From Eledone cirrhosa (lineage: Eukaryota): a DNA stretch of 64,000 bases. Location of the stretch: contig OZ024743.1 in the NCBI GenBank assembly GCA_964016885.1, positions 330,894,001 to 330,958,000 on the forward strand, in the 5' to 3' direction. This document shows, one piece after another, positions 24,192 through 37,749 of the stretch. The position numbers were made by a program, and so were the translations under genes. Positions within the stretch are counted from its first letter, which is position 1. The number at the start of each line of letters is the position of its first letter. Under the pieces are notes generated by a model, which saw only the letters and a program-made list of their open reading frames with translations, was not told the DNA's origin and did no database searches.

Positions 24192-25127
24192 CATGTTTGC
24201 ATGTGTATGTATATGCGCGGGACATAGAAATAATCGGGCTGGATACCCGATCGCGCGGTTAAACCACTAGGAGTGAAGGACCCCTAGCCTTTGTCAGAGA
24301 ATTCTTCTAGGAGAATGCAACTCAGGAAACTGGGATAACTCCGATATAAAACCTGCGACTCAGTAGTTACCGATGATGTTGATCTTTTCTTCCTTTCGGG
24401 TTATAGCTACTGTCGCTCAGAGAGTGGGATTGACTCAGTGCACAGTCTTTCCTCACTTTAAAAAAAAATCTTCACGCACAGGCATTGCACGATAGAATTA
24501 ATTAATAATTATTAATAATGTTATATCGTGCAATGGCCATACTCGATGTAAGTATGTATGTATACATTTATGTATGTATGCATGTATATATGTATGTATA
24601 TATGTCGCTCTCGAGTGCTACTGGTAACATGTCACCCAGTACAACCTGTCTCATGGTCGGGTCGTCGGTGACTAAACCGGCAGCCCCACCTAGTTGCTTG
24701 GTGAGGAGGGTGATATTTGGACTCCCTGCGGGATGAAATACAAGATCCGGCGAAGGGCGGAGGAACTCAGCAGAGTCAACGGCCATCCAAATATTATTTT
24801 GTTTTTTTTTACTTGGGAGTAAAAGGCCCCCAGTTGTTGTCCCAACACCTTTCTAGGAGAGGGAAACTCTGAAAATAAACCTGCTGTTTCGGAAGCATCC
24901 GATGATGTTGACCAGTTCTCCTTTTCGGGTAGTGTTTTCGATGCTCAGAGAGTAGAATTGGTCGAGTGCAAGGCCTTTCCCCACTTAAAAAAATCTTCAA
25001 AGCACAGGCATTGCTTTTTCAGGATATTTTACAGGTTCGTGTGGCTGGCCGTAGCCTAAAAGTGCACCAAACTCTATAATCTGACAAGCGATTGAAGTAC
25101 TCGTAGCAGAGTTTGCAGCCATCAGGT
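23142..25127 (+). mobile_element. Cluster of at least three overlapping fragments of one non-coding retroposon-like family, separated by (TATG)n tails
   Basis: Shared blocks: GAGTCAAYGGCCATCC (23173, 24016, 24773); TCTAGGAGA...AAACCTGC...GATGATGTTGA...GCACAGGCATTG (23235-23395, 24306-24487, 24852-25013); TACTGGTAACATG...GACTAAACCGGC (23862, 24619). Confidence 0.65.
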
Positions 25128-26052
25128 ATGTATATATGTATGTATCTACGTATGTGTGTATGTATGTGTATATGTATGTATATGTGTTTGTATGCATGTA
25201 TGTATGTATGCATCTATGTATTAATGCATCCATGTATGTATGTATGTGTGTATGTATGTATGCATGTGTATGTATGTATGTATGTATGTACGTATGACAT
25301 GTAATGACCAACAGTAACAGTACAAACCCGTCAACAAAAGATTGTCACATTCTTTCATTCACTCGTTCTGTCTCTCTGAGGGGCAGAATCTCAAATGGAT
25401 GTTACCACGAACTCACAGGGGACAGAATTAAAAAGACATTACCTCTTGGGAGTATAGCACCAGAGAACAATTGGTAATATTACTGTTACTTTGGAGATAT
25501 TATTTGAAATGTGAAATCTCTCTAAAAGACACCATGTAATAATATTAAAGATTTAGTGACAATTTCCAGTGAAAACCCAAGAGATAAAATATTCAAGATG
25601 TCTTATTATATATCGATTCTTCCCTCATTTTTGTAAGTAATAAAATATTTATATACTGTCTGATGTCTTAAAATGTCTTATTGTTGGTACTAGTGTTGTT
25701 ACTGTAATGTATAATATACCTGCCATAGTTTCTTCAGGGTCTTTTTTTATTAGTTAATAAAAATCAAGAAACATGAAATCATTGGTTTCCACCTTTTTTC
25801 TTGTTAACCATCTTTCTCCCTTCTTCTCTCGTTCTCTTTATATTTACATATATGTGTGTGTGTGTGTGCGTGTGCGTATATGTCTCTGTGTGTATGTGTG
25901 TGTGTATGTGTTTATTTGTGTGTGTGAGTGTGCGTGTCTATGTGTTTGTGTGTGTGCGTGTATGTCTTTGTGTATGTGTGTATATTTGTGTGTGTCTGTC
26001 TTTGTGTATGTGTGAGTATTTACATTACATATTCATTTTATTAAGACTGAAC

Positions 26053-26302
26053 AGTGAGTCTTGTTACTCTGGAGTTCCACCTGTTTATTACAGTCATCAG
26101 ATAAGAACTAACGTTTCAATAGTAGACACAGTATAAAAAAGGAAGACTTGAGGCGGGGAGGGGGTATTTAATTGAGAAGTAGTAATTAAGATAGGGTGGA
26201 CGGGATAGTGGTGGCAGTGGGGGGAAAGGGTGAGTAGAAGGAGGAGGTGATAAAGGGTGGTAGTGGGCATAGCCATGCAACTCCAGAGTAACAAGACTCA
26301 CT
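26053..26302. mobile_element. MITE-like segment bounded by a perfect 24-bp inverted repeat
   Basis: AGTGAGTCTTGTTACTCTGGAGTT (26053-26076) / AACTCCAGAGTAACAAGACTCACT (26279-26302). Confidence 0.5.
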
Positions 26303-26374
26303 ATTTACACTAAACGAATATCAAAACTCTACGTCGGCATTGAGTACTTCTTTCTCTCAGCCGTCAATCACATG

Positions 26375-26628
<254 letters not shown>

Positions 26629-26661
26629 CATATACATAAACTAGACAGAGCCATAGATATA

Positions 26662-27335
26662 TATATATGTGTTTTTGGAAACCATTCACGGTGTGGCTCA
26701 ATGACGAATTAATTAATTAAATAATCAACAATCAGAGCAATATATAAGAAAGTAAGTCCATAGAATCATTTGATAAAATATATACAGTATTTCCTCTCCC
26801 AATCAGCATAATCAACGACAAAAAAAAAACAATTAAACAAGGCTATAAGATTAAAAGGCACCTATGAAGAAACAATAGATAAATAAACGATAGCTATTTA
26901 TCCGTGATCAACAGCCACAGAATATTTACCCAGTATTTCTAATAGCCCGTGGAAATCGATTAGATATATCGCCAACCATACACAATTTGGTACAAAATCA
27001 AAGTTAGAACAAAAAATATATATAACCATACAAAAATTAGGTCTCTACGCCATGAGATTTCATTCGCTTTTTGAAAATATCTGATCAAGGATAGCCTTTC
27101 GTCATCAGCTTCTCCGTACGTTTCTTCGGAAACTATGTTTATTCCCTTTCAGAAACTAATTAGTTGGAGTGAAATTTTAGTAAGTAAGTTAATTTTTATA
27201 ATTTTCTTATTTTACGTCTCTCATATTATTGTTCTGCATCCCCATGCATTGAACCACAAAGTTACTAAGACAAAACGTATATATTTGCTGGCATAGGTAT
27301 GCATCTGTATATATATGTTAGTAGATATACTAATT

Positions 27336-27366
<31 letters not shown>

Positions 27367-27434
27367 GCTCTGATTATTTAATTTATTAATTCTTCATTGA
27401 GCCACGAAGTGACTCGTTGCAAAACACATATATA
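26662..27434. mobile_element. Element with diverged ~70-bp terminal inverted repeats
   Basis: TATGTGTTTT...GTGGCTCAATGACGAATTAATTAATTAAATAATC...AGAGC is mirrored at 27367-27434; (TA)n flanks. Confidence 0.55.
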
Positions 27435-27584
27435 TTTATGACTTTATATATATATATATATGTAAACCTTTATATATATGTAAACCTTCTATATATATTT
27501 TTTTTCTAGTCGATCGACTTTCGTCAAATCGGACCGAGGAAACTATGTTTCCGTTGGTCTTTCCAATTGCTAATACTATCTATC

Positions 27585-28020
<436 letters not shown>

Positions 28021-28021
<1 letters not shown>

Positions 28022-28321
28022 ATGATATTTAATAAATGGAAACTATATTTATACAACCATATTTATTCTATTATATATACAAAGTTTGTTTTATAAACTT
28101 TGACATAACCAAGAAAAGATACCCTACCGGTTCAAGTTTTTCTTGACTATCCAAGAAAATCTTGATCCGTTAAGGTATCTTTTCTTCGTTATGTCAAAAT
28201 TTATGAAACAAACTTTGTATTTTATCTGATGAAAGCGTACCAAAGTTTTGGTACCCTTGAAATATATATAATAGAATAAATATGGTTTTATAAATATAGT
28301 TTCCATCTATTAAATATCATT
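28021..28321. mobile_element. Fold-back PLE-type element carrying a hammerhead ribozyme
   Basis: Nested inverted arms 28021-28079 / 28263-28321 and 28078-28145 / 28153-28219; abuts (TA)n. Confidence 0.7.
28218..28278 (+). ncRNA. Type I hammerhead ribozyme
   Basis: Stem I TATTTTAT/ATAGAATA (8 bp, one G-U); CTGATGA; stem II AAG-c-GTACCAA/TTGGTAC-c-CTT; GAAA; palindromic stem III TATATA; cleavage triplet AUA. Confidence 0.8.
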
Positions 28322-28929
28322 GAATATTATACTCCAGAAAATTTGTCGAGTGCTCTGAATCAGTTATAAACATTATTAAGTAATTATTAAATAATTTTGT
28401 TGGTTGCTGGAGGTAGCAATGCTATTACTGGGATGACTTCCAAGGAAGTGGATTCTTTTGGCGGAATCGGTGCTGTCTGTTTGTAATTTGCAGAGTATAT
28501 ATATATTATATATGAGATAACGAAGTTTCATTTTAAAATGCTTTTATTCCATATCGAATGTTACATATGTTTCACAAATGATTGGCTCGAGGCCTGTATC
28601 ACTGTGGTAGACCTGACTTCAGTCGTATAGATTCATATCAAAGAATTTTTTATTTGAATGGTATCATAGCATACAGTCCTCGGATATTGGTAATATATAA
28701 ACAATATATAAACAGAAAAATTAACTTCGACTGACTATAGCAATGATAGCATTAGTCTTCAGGGAGATTGAGCGTGACATGATATGCAACAAGACTTGTC
28801 ATTTGAATTACACGTACAACTCATTTTAGCTATATGTATGTATTTATGCAGCGGTATTCTGACGTAGCATGCAATGAATCGTCTAGCGCTCAAATTCCAC
28901 ACCCAAGCACCCTTGATCACTGCCCAAGA

Positions 28930-29591
28930 CTTAGACTAGCACTTCATATATCAACTTCGTTAACATGAATGGTGAAGTTGGCCTCGGCGAGATTTGAACT
29001 CAGAACGCAAGAACAAGGCATTTCATCCGACGCTCTATCGCTTCTACCAGTTCATCGTCACGGAAAAGCCGTTCCAAATATATCGATGGTATAGTCACAG
29101 TTGGAAGATCTTTATTTATAAAGTCTACTCGTTCAGAACTGATATGAGACAAACCAGCATAGATGCTGTCGTTCCTACTCCGATTAATTTATAGCACACA
29201 AAATAATTGTTTCTACTTTTCGCACAAGACCAGCAATTACCCAGTGCATTACTGGTACTTTATTTTATCGACTCCGTAAGGATGAAATGCAAAGTAAACC
29301 TCGGCGGGATTTGAACTCAGAATGGCAAGGACCGTAACTCTATGCGTCAAAGCATGGCGTCCGACCCTCTACCGATACTGCCAATCCAATGGTTTCTCAT
29401 TTTGAGAGAAGACCAATAATTCGGGGGTCAATTAAAATGATCTTATAACATTACTGGTACTTTATTTTATGGATCCCGTTAGGATGAAAGATCTCGGTGG
29501 GATTTGAATTCAGAACGTAAAGGGATGTAACTCTATGCCGCAAAGCACGTTGCCCGACACTCTACCCATTCTTCAGCCAATCTGCCGCCCT
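28930..29591 (-). mobile_element. Three family-A SINE copies (~28930-29050, 29203-29388, 29410-29591)
   Basis: Repeated ACTGGTACTTTATTTTAT...GGATTTGAACTCAGAA blocks. Confidence 0.85.
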
Positions 29592-29689
29592 CACAAAATA
29601 ATAATCTGATTTGAAAGATTTAAATCTATCAATATTCGTGTCTGTTAATTTACATCATTAAGTTTATCATTTATCACTCCAGGGTGGAC

Positions 29690-29891
29690 AACTACAGTAA
29701 CAACTACAGTAACAACTACAGTAACAACAACTACAACCACAGTTAGTCACAACTACAGTAACAACAACAACAACTACAATAACAATAACTACAATAATAA
29801 CATCAGCCACTAGAAGAAGAAGAAGAAGAAGAAGAAGAAGAAGAAGAAGAAGAAGAAGAAGAAGAAGAAGAAGAAGAAGAAGAAGAAGAAG
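29690..29891. repeat. (ACA/ACT) low-complexity tract plus (AGA)n microsatellite
   Basis: Direct reading. Confidence 0.9.
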
Positions 29892-29892
29892 C

Positions 29893-30460
29893 GAGATGTT
29901 AAAGGTCCAGTTATTTATATCTACCCATGGAGTTAAACTGTATTTACCCATCTGTGGTAGCTGCGTAAAACTAGACGAAACGAGATGTTAAAGACCAAAT
30001 CACTTAAAGACCAAATCACTTAGATCTACCCACGGTTTAAACTGTATTTACCCATGTGTGGTAGCTGTGTGAAGCTACGTGAAACGCGAGATTAAAGATC
30101 CAGCTGTTTAAATCTACTCGCGGGTTAAACTGTATTTACCCATGTGTGGGAGCTGTGTTAAGCAAGATGAAACGAGAGATAAGATCCAGCTGTTTAGATC
30201 TACCCGCGGTTTAAACTGTATTTACCCATGTATGGTAGCTGTGTAAAGCTACATGAAACGAGAGATTAAAGATCCAGCTGTTTAGATCTACCCGCGGGTT
30301 AGACTGTATTTACCCATGTGTGGGAGCTGTGTAGAGCTAGATGAAACGAGAGATTAAAAATCCAGCTGTTTAGATCTACCCGCGGGTTAAACTGTATTTA
30401 CCCATGTACGGTAGCTGTGTAAAGCTAGATGAAACGAGAGATCAAAGATTGAACTATTTA
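29893..30460. repeat. 88-bp minisatellite, ~6.5 diverged units
   Basis: GATCCAGCTGTTTAGATCTACCCGCGGGTTAAACTGTATTTACCCATG... recurs at 30183, 30271 and 30359. Confidence 0.92.
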
Positions 30461-31189
30461 GAGAATGCAGATAATGTAGTGTCGGAGATACGACAGAAAC
30501 CGTCATCCCTTCCGTTGACTTACACCATTTCTCCGATTCCATACACTAGTGTGTAAGGTAAGGAATATTTCATCTATATTAACGTGTATATCTTTTATCA
30601 AGAAACAGCGCCATTTTCTTCATTCTTTCATTTATATATACGTTAATATGTAGATATTAACCTCAGCATGTTGCAGCCTTTTACACGTGTTCTTGTAGAG
30701 ATAGCTGGCAGCTCTAGTTTAAATGTTACATTATTGATTTCAAAGATAAACAACGTAGGATATCGAATATTTACAGCCAGGAAATATGAGTGGTTTACAT
30801 TTATGACCTTCTCTCGACATAAGAGAAGTAAATGGTTACAGGAATGAGAAGCTCAAGTGTTTACTTCAACTCTTCCATGCTTAGACAGAAGAGAAATTGA
30901 GAAAAAGCGAGGAATATATTTTATTCAGATCATTGTAGTGTATAGTTGTTACTTATTTTACTTAAGTCGTAGAAATTAAAACGAAGGTGAACCTGGTGGA
31001 ATTTGAACCCAGAATGTTAACATACAAAATTAATTCCTCTTAAGCATTTTTGTCTAACGTTCTTTCATGTATGCCAAGTGAACTCACCGTAGGTCATATG
31101 TCATATAACTATGTTTAGGGAAGGGCAATGGCTCTGAAGTCACAGAAAAATGGGAGGGTGATCGGCTCTATGCCTAGGGCGCGGTGGTT

Positions 31190-31417
31190 TGGAGGCTGCG
31201 CACCACGGACAAGACTGTGGTGGAGATGAAGGAGGATGTAACAAACACCCTGGACACTTTGGAGGACTACAAGAGAGCCTTCCAGAAGTAGCTGAAGCAC
31301 TACAACAAGTCAATTGAAGGTAGAGGATCCTACATTGAAGGAGACTAGAGTTTTGTGTTGATCTGAGTTAAATAAATCTCTCTCAAAAGTCTCAAATCTT
31401 CTTGAGTGTACTTCGTA
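31190..31417 (+). mobile_element. Mariner transposon 3' fragment (transposase C-terminus plus terminal repeat)
   Basis: Translates TVVEMKEDVTNTLDTLEDYKRAFQK*LKHYNKSIEGRGSYIEGD*, typical of a mariner C-terminus; ends in a TIR-like sequence ...GTGTACTTCG-TA. Confidence 0.75.
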
Positions 31418-32479
31418 CAATTTGAATTAATATATAAATATTTATTTTATATGTGGTAATGACATATATGTGTGTGAAGTATTTAAAGAAAATTAATACA
31501 TTATAATGGAATATAAGTTATTCAGGTTAAACCTAAAGGGGGTAAGAAGTGATAAGATAATTTTTATTGTTAATAATATATGAGTGTCATATTCTATATA
31601 TGATGCAGTAGACTACTGATAAATTATTAAAATACAATAAACTTAACGTAAGATTAAGTACTAGTTGAATTATACAGACACGATTAAATTTATAAGATTT
31701 GTATTGATATTTCATTAATAGTTTTGGATTTTAATTAAACTTTGATGTCTATAGTCTATGCTAACTGATAGCACATTATTAAATAAAATAATTTGCTGTC
31801 TGTGTTATCTTCCTATAGCAAGAAGCAATTGACAGTGATTAAATATGTTGGACTATTTCTCTCGATGTATCATCATACATAAGATTCTCTTCCAGTTTAG
31901 TCGAGGTTTACGCTATGGCATGAGTGTGTGCAATTTACTCTATGACATGATTGTGTGCATGAGTCGAGCGTGTAGTAACCGTGGGTTGATTATCATGTGT
32001 TAAATAGTTGTTGCCGAACTTCGACTAGTGAGAAGTTATATATTTCTATTTTCTCATCGATATCAAACAGTTTCGTGATAAGTGATTTGGGGAATAAAGT
32101 GATAATGAGATTCAAGTGGAAGGGTTTATTGTTAAACACTGAGTATTCTATCTATAATAGACATATTCTATGGATATAAGTATGGATCTTTCATCGATTG
32201 CGATGATGCACATTCTGTTGTTTGATCAACTAAACATCTAATTCGTAAATTAGTAAGTAGTTCACAGACACGAGTACCTAACGTAATTCTCAGAGAGAAT
32301 CAACTCTTTCACATCTTAACAACTTAATAGTAGCCGGAACTTACTAACACTTTGTACTTGTACTTGTGGTAGCGTTCACCCGAGTAGGTTGAGCGGGCTC
32401 CATCGAAGGAATTCATGGTGTAAGTTTATTTCAATGGAGTTTCTTCGGCCAATTGGTTTCACAAGCGGTGCCCAGCTGC

Positions 32480-32955
32480 AAGTATATGCACTTTAGTGCA
32501 ATCCAAGCATTGCATCAGTTATATTGCTGAACTCTCGCTTTCACACACAACCCAATTTGGTGAAGCCAGTGCCACGATGGGAAGGTAGGCCGGTAAAGGT
32601 GATAAACACAACCTATTTGAGCATCTCGTAGGCCAGCAGGGGCTCACCCACTGTCCAGATCAAGCATACCGACCCTCGACACTAACTCGATGTTCATTAA
32701 ACGGCTTTCTTTTTGTTTCGATTAACTTAGGACTTTTAATGATGTTGTAAACTTTTCCAAAAGCCGTCCAGCCAAGCACGATCCTTCTTTAGACCACCGG
32801 AAGTAGAATATCATTTCTTGCAATCTTCTTTCCGAGGTACACATGAGTGTCTACTTCCTTGATGATCTTTCCATTTACAATAATTGGTGAGGGTTTAACG
32901 TGGTTATTAAGCATGGCCTTGGTTTTTCCAAAATGGATGTTAAGGCCTACTGTGG
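32480..32955 (-). mobile_element. RTE-clade LINE reverse-transcriptase C-terminal fragment
   Basis: Minus translation VGLNIHFGKTKAMLN...IIVNGKIIKEVDTHVYLGK...RRIVLGWTAFGK (KTK, YLG and RRI..GW.AF motifs). Confidence 0.85.
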
Positions 32956-32997
32956 CTGCTGACAATAGAGGAGAATCAGGAGGTGGCGAAAAGCAAG

Positions 32998-33110
32998 ATG
33001 ACTGGTACTTTATTTTATCAACCCTGTAAGGATGAAAGACAAAGCTAACCTCGGCTCAAAGCATGTTGTCCGACGTTCTAATGACTCAGCCAATTCACCA
33101 TCCTTACGGA
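32998..33110 (-). mobile_element. Family-A SINE fragment
   Basis: ACTGGTACTTTATTTTATCAACCCTGTAAGGATGAAAGACAAAGCTAACCTCGG. Confidence 0.8.
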
Positions 33111-33939
33111 ATAATAATAAAACAACTGTAGACAACATACAGAACATGTAGGCTTTATCATAGAATCTAAGAAAAATTCTAATGACGACAGTTGTTGTTT
33201 AGTCCAACGTCCAACTTTAAGCCAGGTTGTGATACACATAACCAAACTCATTCAATCGATGTCTATTCTGTGTCCTTAGATGAATGTGACATTACATGAC
33301 TGCAGGAGTCTTATTTTATTTTTCATTCAAGAGGGTAAGGGTGAGCTATTTGAAGGATAATTGGCTGCTGCGTCTAGCAGGCTGAGTGAGTAGCAGTAAA
33401 TAGAGGTGAAGTGTATATGCGTGGCTTAGTGGTGAGAGAATTAGATTCGCAATCATGAATAGGTGGGTTCGAATCATGAGTAAGATGTGTCCTAAGATGC
33501 ATTATGTCGTTGAGTAATTGCGACCGATAGTATCAGCAATGAAAGGATGAAAGGAAACATTGTTTTCTTGGCTCGATTTGAAGAGTTCCCTCGTGTAGAG
33601 GGTCTTTTTTGTGCAGAAATGTTAATACACTTTACTGCTGCTTTTCTTTCCATGTCTGGTGTGACATTCCAACTGTGACCCTCCATTTTATTGAGATATA
33701 GTTAGTATTTGTAGATATATTATCCAATGTGTGATTTGATAAGGGTTTGGCATTGTTATCGGTTCAGGAGAGTGGGCAATGTCCATAACATTTTTCAAGG
33801 GCTCTGAGATTGGTAAGGGTGAGAGAGAAGTGCGTATCCACAAACTGGAGACCTAATCCGAATGTTCTTTTTACTATAAAGTGGATTCTCCTAAATGAGC
33901 CCAAGGAGCAACTGGTGGTGCTAAAACTGGTGACAGATT

Positions 33940-34195
33940 AAGTCAATATTAGTCCACAGCGGGATTTGAACAGAGGTCAGAAGGGGTCAGAACAACTACC
34001 GCAAGGTATCTGTTTCATCCGATTCTCTAACGGTCCCGTAGACCCACCACCTTAGACTAGTATTTATTTATTTTTATTGAATCCGGACGGATGAAATGCA
34101 AAGCTGACCTGGGCGAGATTTGAACTCAGGTCGCAAGCATCCGGAATAAACACTGCAAAACGTTTCTCACGATGTTTTAACGCTTCTTCCAACCA
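33940..34195 (-). mobile_element. Two degenerate family-A SINE fragments
   Basis: GGGATTTGAAC (33961) and GGATGAAATGCAAAGCTGACCTGGGCGAGATTTGAACTCAG (34089-34129). Confidence 0.65.
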
Positions 34196-34199
34196 CGTG

Positions 34200-34445
34200 A
34201 CCTAGATTTACGATCATAATGTCGTGGGTTCGATTTCTAGACCGAATAGTGTGTTGTATTCTTGAGCAAAACACTTCATTTCACGTTGCTTCAATATACT
34301 CAGCTGAAAATAAGTACCAGCAATAGCTGGCGGTTTAACTCTGCAATGGACTGGTGTCCTGTCCGGGGGTGGGAGAGTATCACGAATTCTTAGTCGCTTA
34401 ACGCCTCGGAGCATCGGTCTCATGAGCCTCCGGTCTCGAGACAGA
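34200..34445 (+). mobile_element. Family-B SINE
   Basis: B box GGGTTCGATTTC, CTTGAGCAAAACACTTCATTTCACGTTGCT, then CTGCAATGGACTGGTGTCCTGTCCGGGGG (V-domain-like). Confidence 0.75.
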
Positions 34446-34994
34446 TTTTAGTATTTTTATTTTTAGAACAGCCGTATAATGGCTCGCTCGTTTGTCTCCT
34501 AGGTTTTACTTTTAAAGCAAGGTGGGCAATAACGGGAGATCAAACGCTTAAATGGTAGAAATTTGTCTAGGAAAAAAAATCCGTCTTTGTAGTTTATGTT
34601 AATTGTTAGATATTTCCAAGATCACGCCATCTTAAAGCGAGACAGATTTTACTTTCCTATTTCCAACACTAATACGAATTGATTTATCTTATCTACAACA
34701 CAAAATGTTTGTTTTATTTCAAAAGTTCGTTTTGATGTCTCTAAGTAATTACATAGCCTAGTCTTCATAAATATCATATTTCTCGTCATGCAAGATTGAA
34801 AATATTTGTTTGGGAATCGTGTTGAGTTTTAGAAATGATAGAATTAAATTATTTGAATATTCAAACATCCAGTGTAGAATCTATATACGCTATCACTTCG
34901 GAATATCAGTGCAGTCATCACTATTAACATCTATACACATATAAACCTACACTCACACATACTTATACATACATAATATACGTACGCATACACA

Positions 34995-35033
<39 letters not shown>

Positions 35034-35050
35034 GTATGCCTGTATGTATG

Positions 35051-35111
<61 letters not shown>

Positions 35112-35256
35112 TTCCCTGTGTCTGCTTGTAAGATTGCAATGATCAACTGGATAAACTTGGAAGAGTGTGGTGTTTTATAATAAATAGATCATCTAAAGAT
35201 GTAACTTATATTACATGACAGAGGGTGGTTTGGCCTTACATCTCTACTCAACTACT

Positions 35257-35315
35257 ACCAACTTACAACCACTATTTACACACATATTGTGTGTAAACGG
35301 TGGTTGTAAGTTGGT
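35257..35315. repeat. 59-bp imperfect palindrome (hairpin)
   Basis: ACCAACTTACAACCACTATTTACACACA-tat-TGTGTGTAAACGGTGGTTGTAAGTTGGT. Confidence 0.85.
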
Positions 35316-35522
35316 TAATGTGTTTAATTCAATATTTGAGGAGAAATGGCGGTCATAGTAAGTTGACATAATACATTAAAACTACAGTCATCACCAGCAA
35401 TCAAATATGGTTTGTTAATATCCACCATGTTTTTACTAAGGGTGTTGAGTGCTGACGGTCGTAACTCCAGTCAAATGAGGAAAGTTGGGAAATAAAGCAA
35501 TACAGAAACCCTTTAATTACTA

Positions 35523-36035
35523 GGCAGTGGCTAGGGTATCGGATTAAACAGCTCGGTGTTAGTTCCTGCACACTTATTCTTTTCTGAGTTCAAATCCAAC
35601 GTATGTCAACGTTTCTCTTCAGCCATTGGGAAGGTCGATAAATAAAATACCAGTCAAGCGCGTAGGGTTGCTTTGCAGTATCTGATCTGGCTCAGGGCAT
35701 TCTGGGTACAAATCCCACGTCCTTCTTCTTCGGGTTGTGACCAGCACATAGCACCAGCTGTGGAAAGACCAATGGCATCATTGTTTCCTTAGTCCGATTT
35801 AACCATCAGCTCCTTTCCTGTATGGGGTTTTTTTTTTGGGGGGGGGGGGGGGCTTTTTTTCAGTTGACCTTATACACTTTTGGAGATGACGAAAGTTGTT
35901 AGAACGTCGGATAAAATGCTTTGAGGTATTCGTTCCAGCTCTCTGCTCTCTCAGTTCAAATCCCACCGAGGTCAACTTTGCCTTTCTTACTTTCGAGGTC
36001 GATAAAAAAAGGGGCTAGTCTAATACCAGGGTCGA
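35523..36035 (+). mobile_element. Two degenerate family-A SINE copies (~35523-35657, ~35890-36035)
   Basis: GAGTTCAAATCC B box followed by GGTCGATAAA blocks. Confidence 0.65.
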
Positions 36036-36973
36036 TTCTTCCTCTTTATCTCTTTCTCACTTCCTCTCTCTCATTTTCTTTCCTTCTCTGGAAGAAATCT
36101 GTTGTATTCAAACCTGGAAAGGAATGGGCTCTGCCAGATTTAAAATACCCAAGAAATGCCTTATGCCACTACAGCACCCCTCCACCGTATTGTCGTTAGC
36201 TCTCTTGGGATAGAGATAAAATCTAACACATCTTAGAACGCAGTAATGCTGCGAAGCGCGTTGGCTTGCCTCTAATATTTTCCGGCGACTCTTGAGGTAT
36301 GCGGCTGATTGTCGCAGTTGGTGGTGAATTGATGGTCGTTTTTGTTTCTTGTTCTTTCCTTTTCTTTTTCTCTCGCTTTGACCATATGTTTTTGTGCATT
36401 ACATTTGTGAGTTTCCTAGCAATAATTAAGTGTATTTATTATATGTGTTTATATTTTTATTTATATTTTCGTTCTGTAAGACTTATAAACAATTTGTAAT
36501 GACCCCGGTACTGCGGTCCGCAATGCAGAGGACAGGAAGACAAGTAAATACCGGGGCTTGTCCAGCCGCTTCCTGTTCGCACTGGTCGCCGTCGTGACCT
36601 CATCTGTCCTCGGATCCCGTAGAGCCGAGCTCCTCCGCAAATTCGGAACGTCAGCGTCGGATGAAGGAGCCCCGCGAGGTAGGGTGGCTGTTGCAGCGGG
36701 TTTTGCAGGCCATTGTCCACGGAAATGCCTTTGCAGCTTTGTCCGCGGGGCGCAGCCCAAGATATTGAGCCCATCACCCTCTACGCTTCCTCCTCCCTTT
36801 CTTCTGTGGCCTAACAGTCCTTACTTTTTCCTCTCATTTATAACATTTATAGTCCTTTCCTCTACTTTCCTATACAGCCAGATCTGCCCTTCTTTACCCC
36901 CTCTCCTTTTTTTCTTTACTTAATTTTGGTTTCATCTTTCTTTTTCATATTTCCATCATTGGAAATAACTGTA

Positions 36974-37362
36974 AATAATTGTTTCTACTTTTGGCACAAG
37001 GCCAGCAATTACCCAGTACATTACTGGTACTTTATTTTATCGACCCCACAGGGATGAAAGGCAAAGTTAACCTCGGCGAGTTTTGAACTCAGAGCGTAAA
37101 GGCCATAACTCCATGCAGCAAAGTTTGATATCTGACGCTTTACCGATACTGCCAATCCACCGCCCTAATATCTGTAAATAATTATTTCTACTTTTGACAC
37201 AAGGCCAGCAATTATCCCAGTGCATTACTGGTACTTTATTTTATCCACCCCGTAAGGATGAAAAGCAAAGTTAACCTCGGCGGGATTTGAACTCAGACCA
37301 TAAAGGGCCGTAACTCTTTGCTGCAAAGCATGACTTCCGACCCTCTACCGATACTGCCAATC
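36974..37362 (-). mobile_element. Head-to-tail pair of near full-length family-A SINEs (36974-37165, 37177-37362)
   Basis: Both run AATAATT.TTTCTACTTTTG.CACAAGGCCAGCAATTA...ACCGATACTGCCAATCCA. Confidence 0.9.
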
Positions 37363-37539
37363 CAAAATAATAAAAATATTTATATCTTAGAACTAAAATG
37401 TCTCTCATATTTTACTTCAAAACACAATAACACCGCTGTCTTAAATAGAGGGCATATTGATAACGTAACCTTGGACAATGTCTTTCGAAAGAAGGGGTGA
37501 AATGCAATTGTTCATAGATCTACTTGATCAAATCTGAGC

Positions 37540-37733
37540 AGGTGTTATAACCTCCGTTGGTATCGATTATGAGTGTTCTAGTGGATTCGATTAACGGAAG
37601 AGCCAGTTCGTAAATTAGTGGGTAAGTGGCTGAACATTCCACAGACACTGGTACACAAAATGTAGTTTTCAGGGAGATTCTATGTAACACAGGGTCTGAT
37701 TTATGCTGGCCCTTTGAATTACAGGGAGAACTC
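37540..37733. mobile_element. Dispersed repeat family C (related pieces at ~28750-28870 and ~32190-32320)
   Basis: Shared TTCGTAAATTAG...CACAGACAC...CAGGGAGATT...TTTGAATTACA blocks. Confidence 0.55.
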
Positions 37734-37749
37734 TTCTTTTTTTGTAACT

